In this document: positions 60,505-64,000 of the stretch, piece after piece
Layout: every line of letters begins with the position of its first letter
Numbering within the stretch: the stretch's first letter is position 1
Assembly (NCBI RefSeq): GCF_009914755.1
Contig: NC_060934.1
Direction: 5' to 3' (one strand)
DNA length: 64,000 bases
Origin: the human T2T-CHM13v2.0 reference genome, Homo sapiens
Notes under the pieces: model-generated
The model's input: the letters and a program-made list of their open reading frames with translations, nothing else
Databases searched by the model: none
What the model was told of the DNA's origin: nothing
Translations under genes and position numbers: made by a program

Positions 60505-62149
60505 CTTTTAAAAAAGAGATAGAAGACTCAAAATCAGAGATGAAAAGGGAACCATTGCAACTGGTACCATAGGAATACAAAGGATCTATCATAAGAAACA
60601 ATTATGAACAATTATATGTCAACAAATTGGAAAAGCTGGAAGAAATGGATAAATTCCTGGACATATGCAACTACAAAGACTGAATTATGAAGAAATAGAA
60701 AATCCAACCAAAGAAAAAGATCGAATGAGTAATTAAAGATATCCTATCAAAGAAAAGCCCAGGACCTAATGACTTCACTACTGAAAATTCTAGGCAACAC
60801 TTAAAGAAAAACTAATACCAATTTTTATCGACTATTCTCAAAAAATTAAAGACAAAAGAATTCTTCCAAACTAATTCAACAAGGAGAGGATTACCCTGAT
60901 ATCAAAACCAGACAAGGACACAACAACCAAAAAGAAAATTTTAGGCCAATATCTCTGATGAACATAAATGCAAAAATCCTCAACAAAATACTAGCAAAGC
61001 AAATTCAATAGCATATTTTTAAAAAATCATTCACCATGATTAAATGGGATTCATCCCAGGAATGCAAGGATGGTTCAACATATGGAAATCAATAAATATG
61101 ATACACCACATTAACAGAATGAAAGGCAAAAATCACATAATTATTTCAATAGATGCAAGAAGAGGATTTGAGAAAATTCAACTTCACTTCATGCTAAATA
61201 TTCTCAAAGAAGAAACATACTTCAACACAATAAAGGCAATGTATGGCAAACCCACAGCTAACATGATATTGAACAGGGAAAAGTTGAAAGCTTTTCTCCT
61301 AAGGTCTGGAACAAGATGAAGCTGCCCACTTTTACCACTTCTACTCAATATAATACTGGAAGTTCTAGCCAGAACAAGAGAAAGAAATCAAAGGCATTCA
61401 AATTGGAAAGAAGGAAGTTAAATTGTCCCTGTTCACAGAAAATACGATCCCATTAACAGAAAACTCTAAAGATTCCATCAAAAAAACTATTTGAACTAAT
61501 AAATTCAGTAAAGTTACAAGATGTAAAATGAACATACAAAAATCTGGCAAGGCATGGTGGCTCACACCTGTAATACCAGCACTTTAGGAGGCTGAGGCAG
61601 GCAGATCAGTTGAGGCTAGGAGTATGAGAACAGCCTGGGTAACATGATGAAACCCCATCTCTACAAAACATACAAAAATTAGCCAGGTGCTGTGGCACAC
61701 ACCATAGTCCCATCTACTGGGGAGAATGAGGCAAGAGAATCACCTGGGCCCAGGGAGGCAGAGGTTGCAGTGAGCTGAGATCATGCCACTGCACTCCAGT
61801 CTGGGTGACAGAAGTGAAATCTTGTCTCAAAAAAAAAAAAAAAAAAAATCAGTAGCATTTCTATATATTAATAGCAAACTATCTGAAAAAGAAATCAAGA
61901 AAAAATACCATTTACAGTAGCCACCAAAAAAACCAGCCTAGGAATAAATTTAACCAAGAAGGTAAAATATCTCTACAATGAAAACTATAAAACATTAATG
62001 AAAAATTGAAGAAGACCAAAATAAATGGAAAAATATCCCATAATGACAGTTTGAAAGAATTAATATTCTTAAAATGTTTATACTTCCCAAAGAGATCTAC
62101 AGATTTAATCCAATCTTTACCAAAATAGCAATGGCATTCTTCACAGACA
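60505..62149 (+). mobile_element. L1MA/L1PB-like ORF2 fragment (RT region) interrupted by an Alu
   Basis: ORF 61044-61319 [22 protein letters not shown] is L1 RT; multiple stops and frameshifts around it. Confidence 0.9.
61546..61848 (+). mobile_element. Alu nested in L1
   Basis: Full dimer; TSD aaaaatc. Confidence 0.92.

Positions 62150-64000
<1,851 letters not shown>

Overview
Primate genomic DNA, most likely human: it carries AluJ/S elements, a young L1 with the ACG/A diagnostic, and THE1, MER41 and LTR8 LTRs. The window is AT-rich, repeat-dense and apparently intronic or intergenic. I can support no host protein-coding gene, RNA gene or CpG island. The only convincingly protein-like ORFs are L1 ORF2 remnants (61044-61319, 62432-63930). 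Most other ORFs in the track are Alu, LTR, L1 or low-complexity read-through, or short chance frames. Content is about 20 Alu/FLAM elements, five ERV1 solo LTRs (all on the - strand), several MaLR/ERVL LTRs, DNA-transposon relics, MIR/L2 relics, old L1M fragments and two young L1s. I found no evidence of a new biological system. The best oddities are: an AluSc flanked by a ~210-bp direct duplication; a young L1 with a second poly(A) tail and a 17-nt tag (candidate mini 3' transduction); a tail-less Alu with an intact TSD; and a candidate 25-nt micro-exon whose donor lies in a stem-loop. Subfamily calls and boundaries are by eye from remembered consensus sequences and need RepeatMasker/Dfam confirmation.
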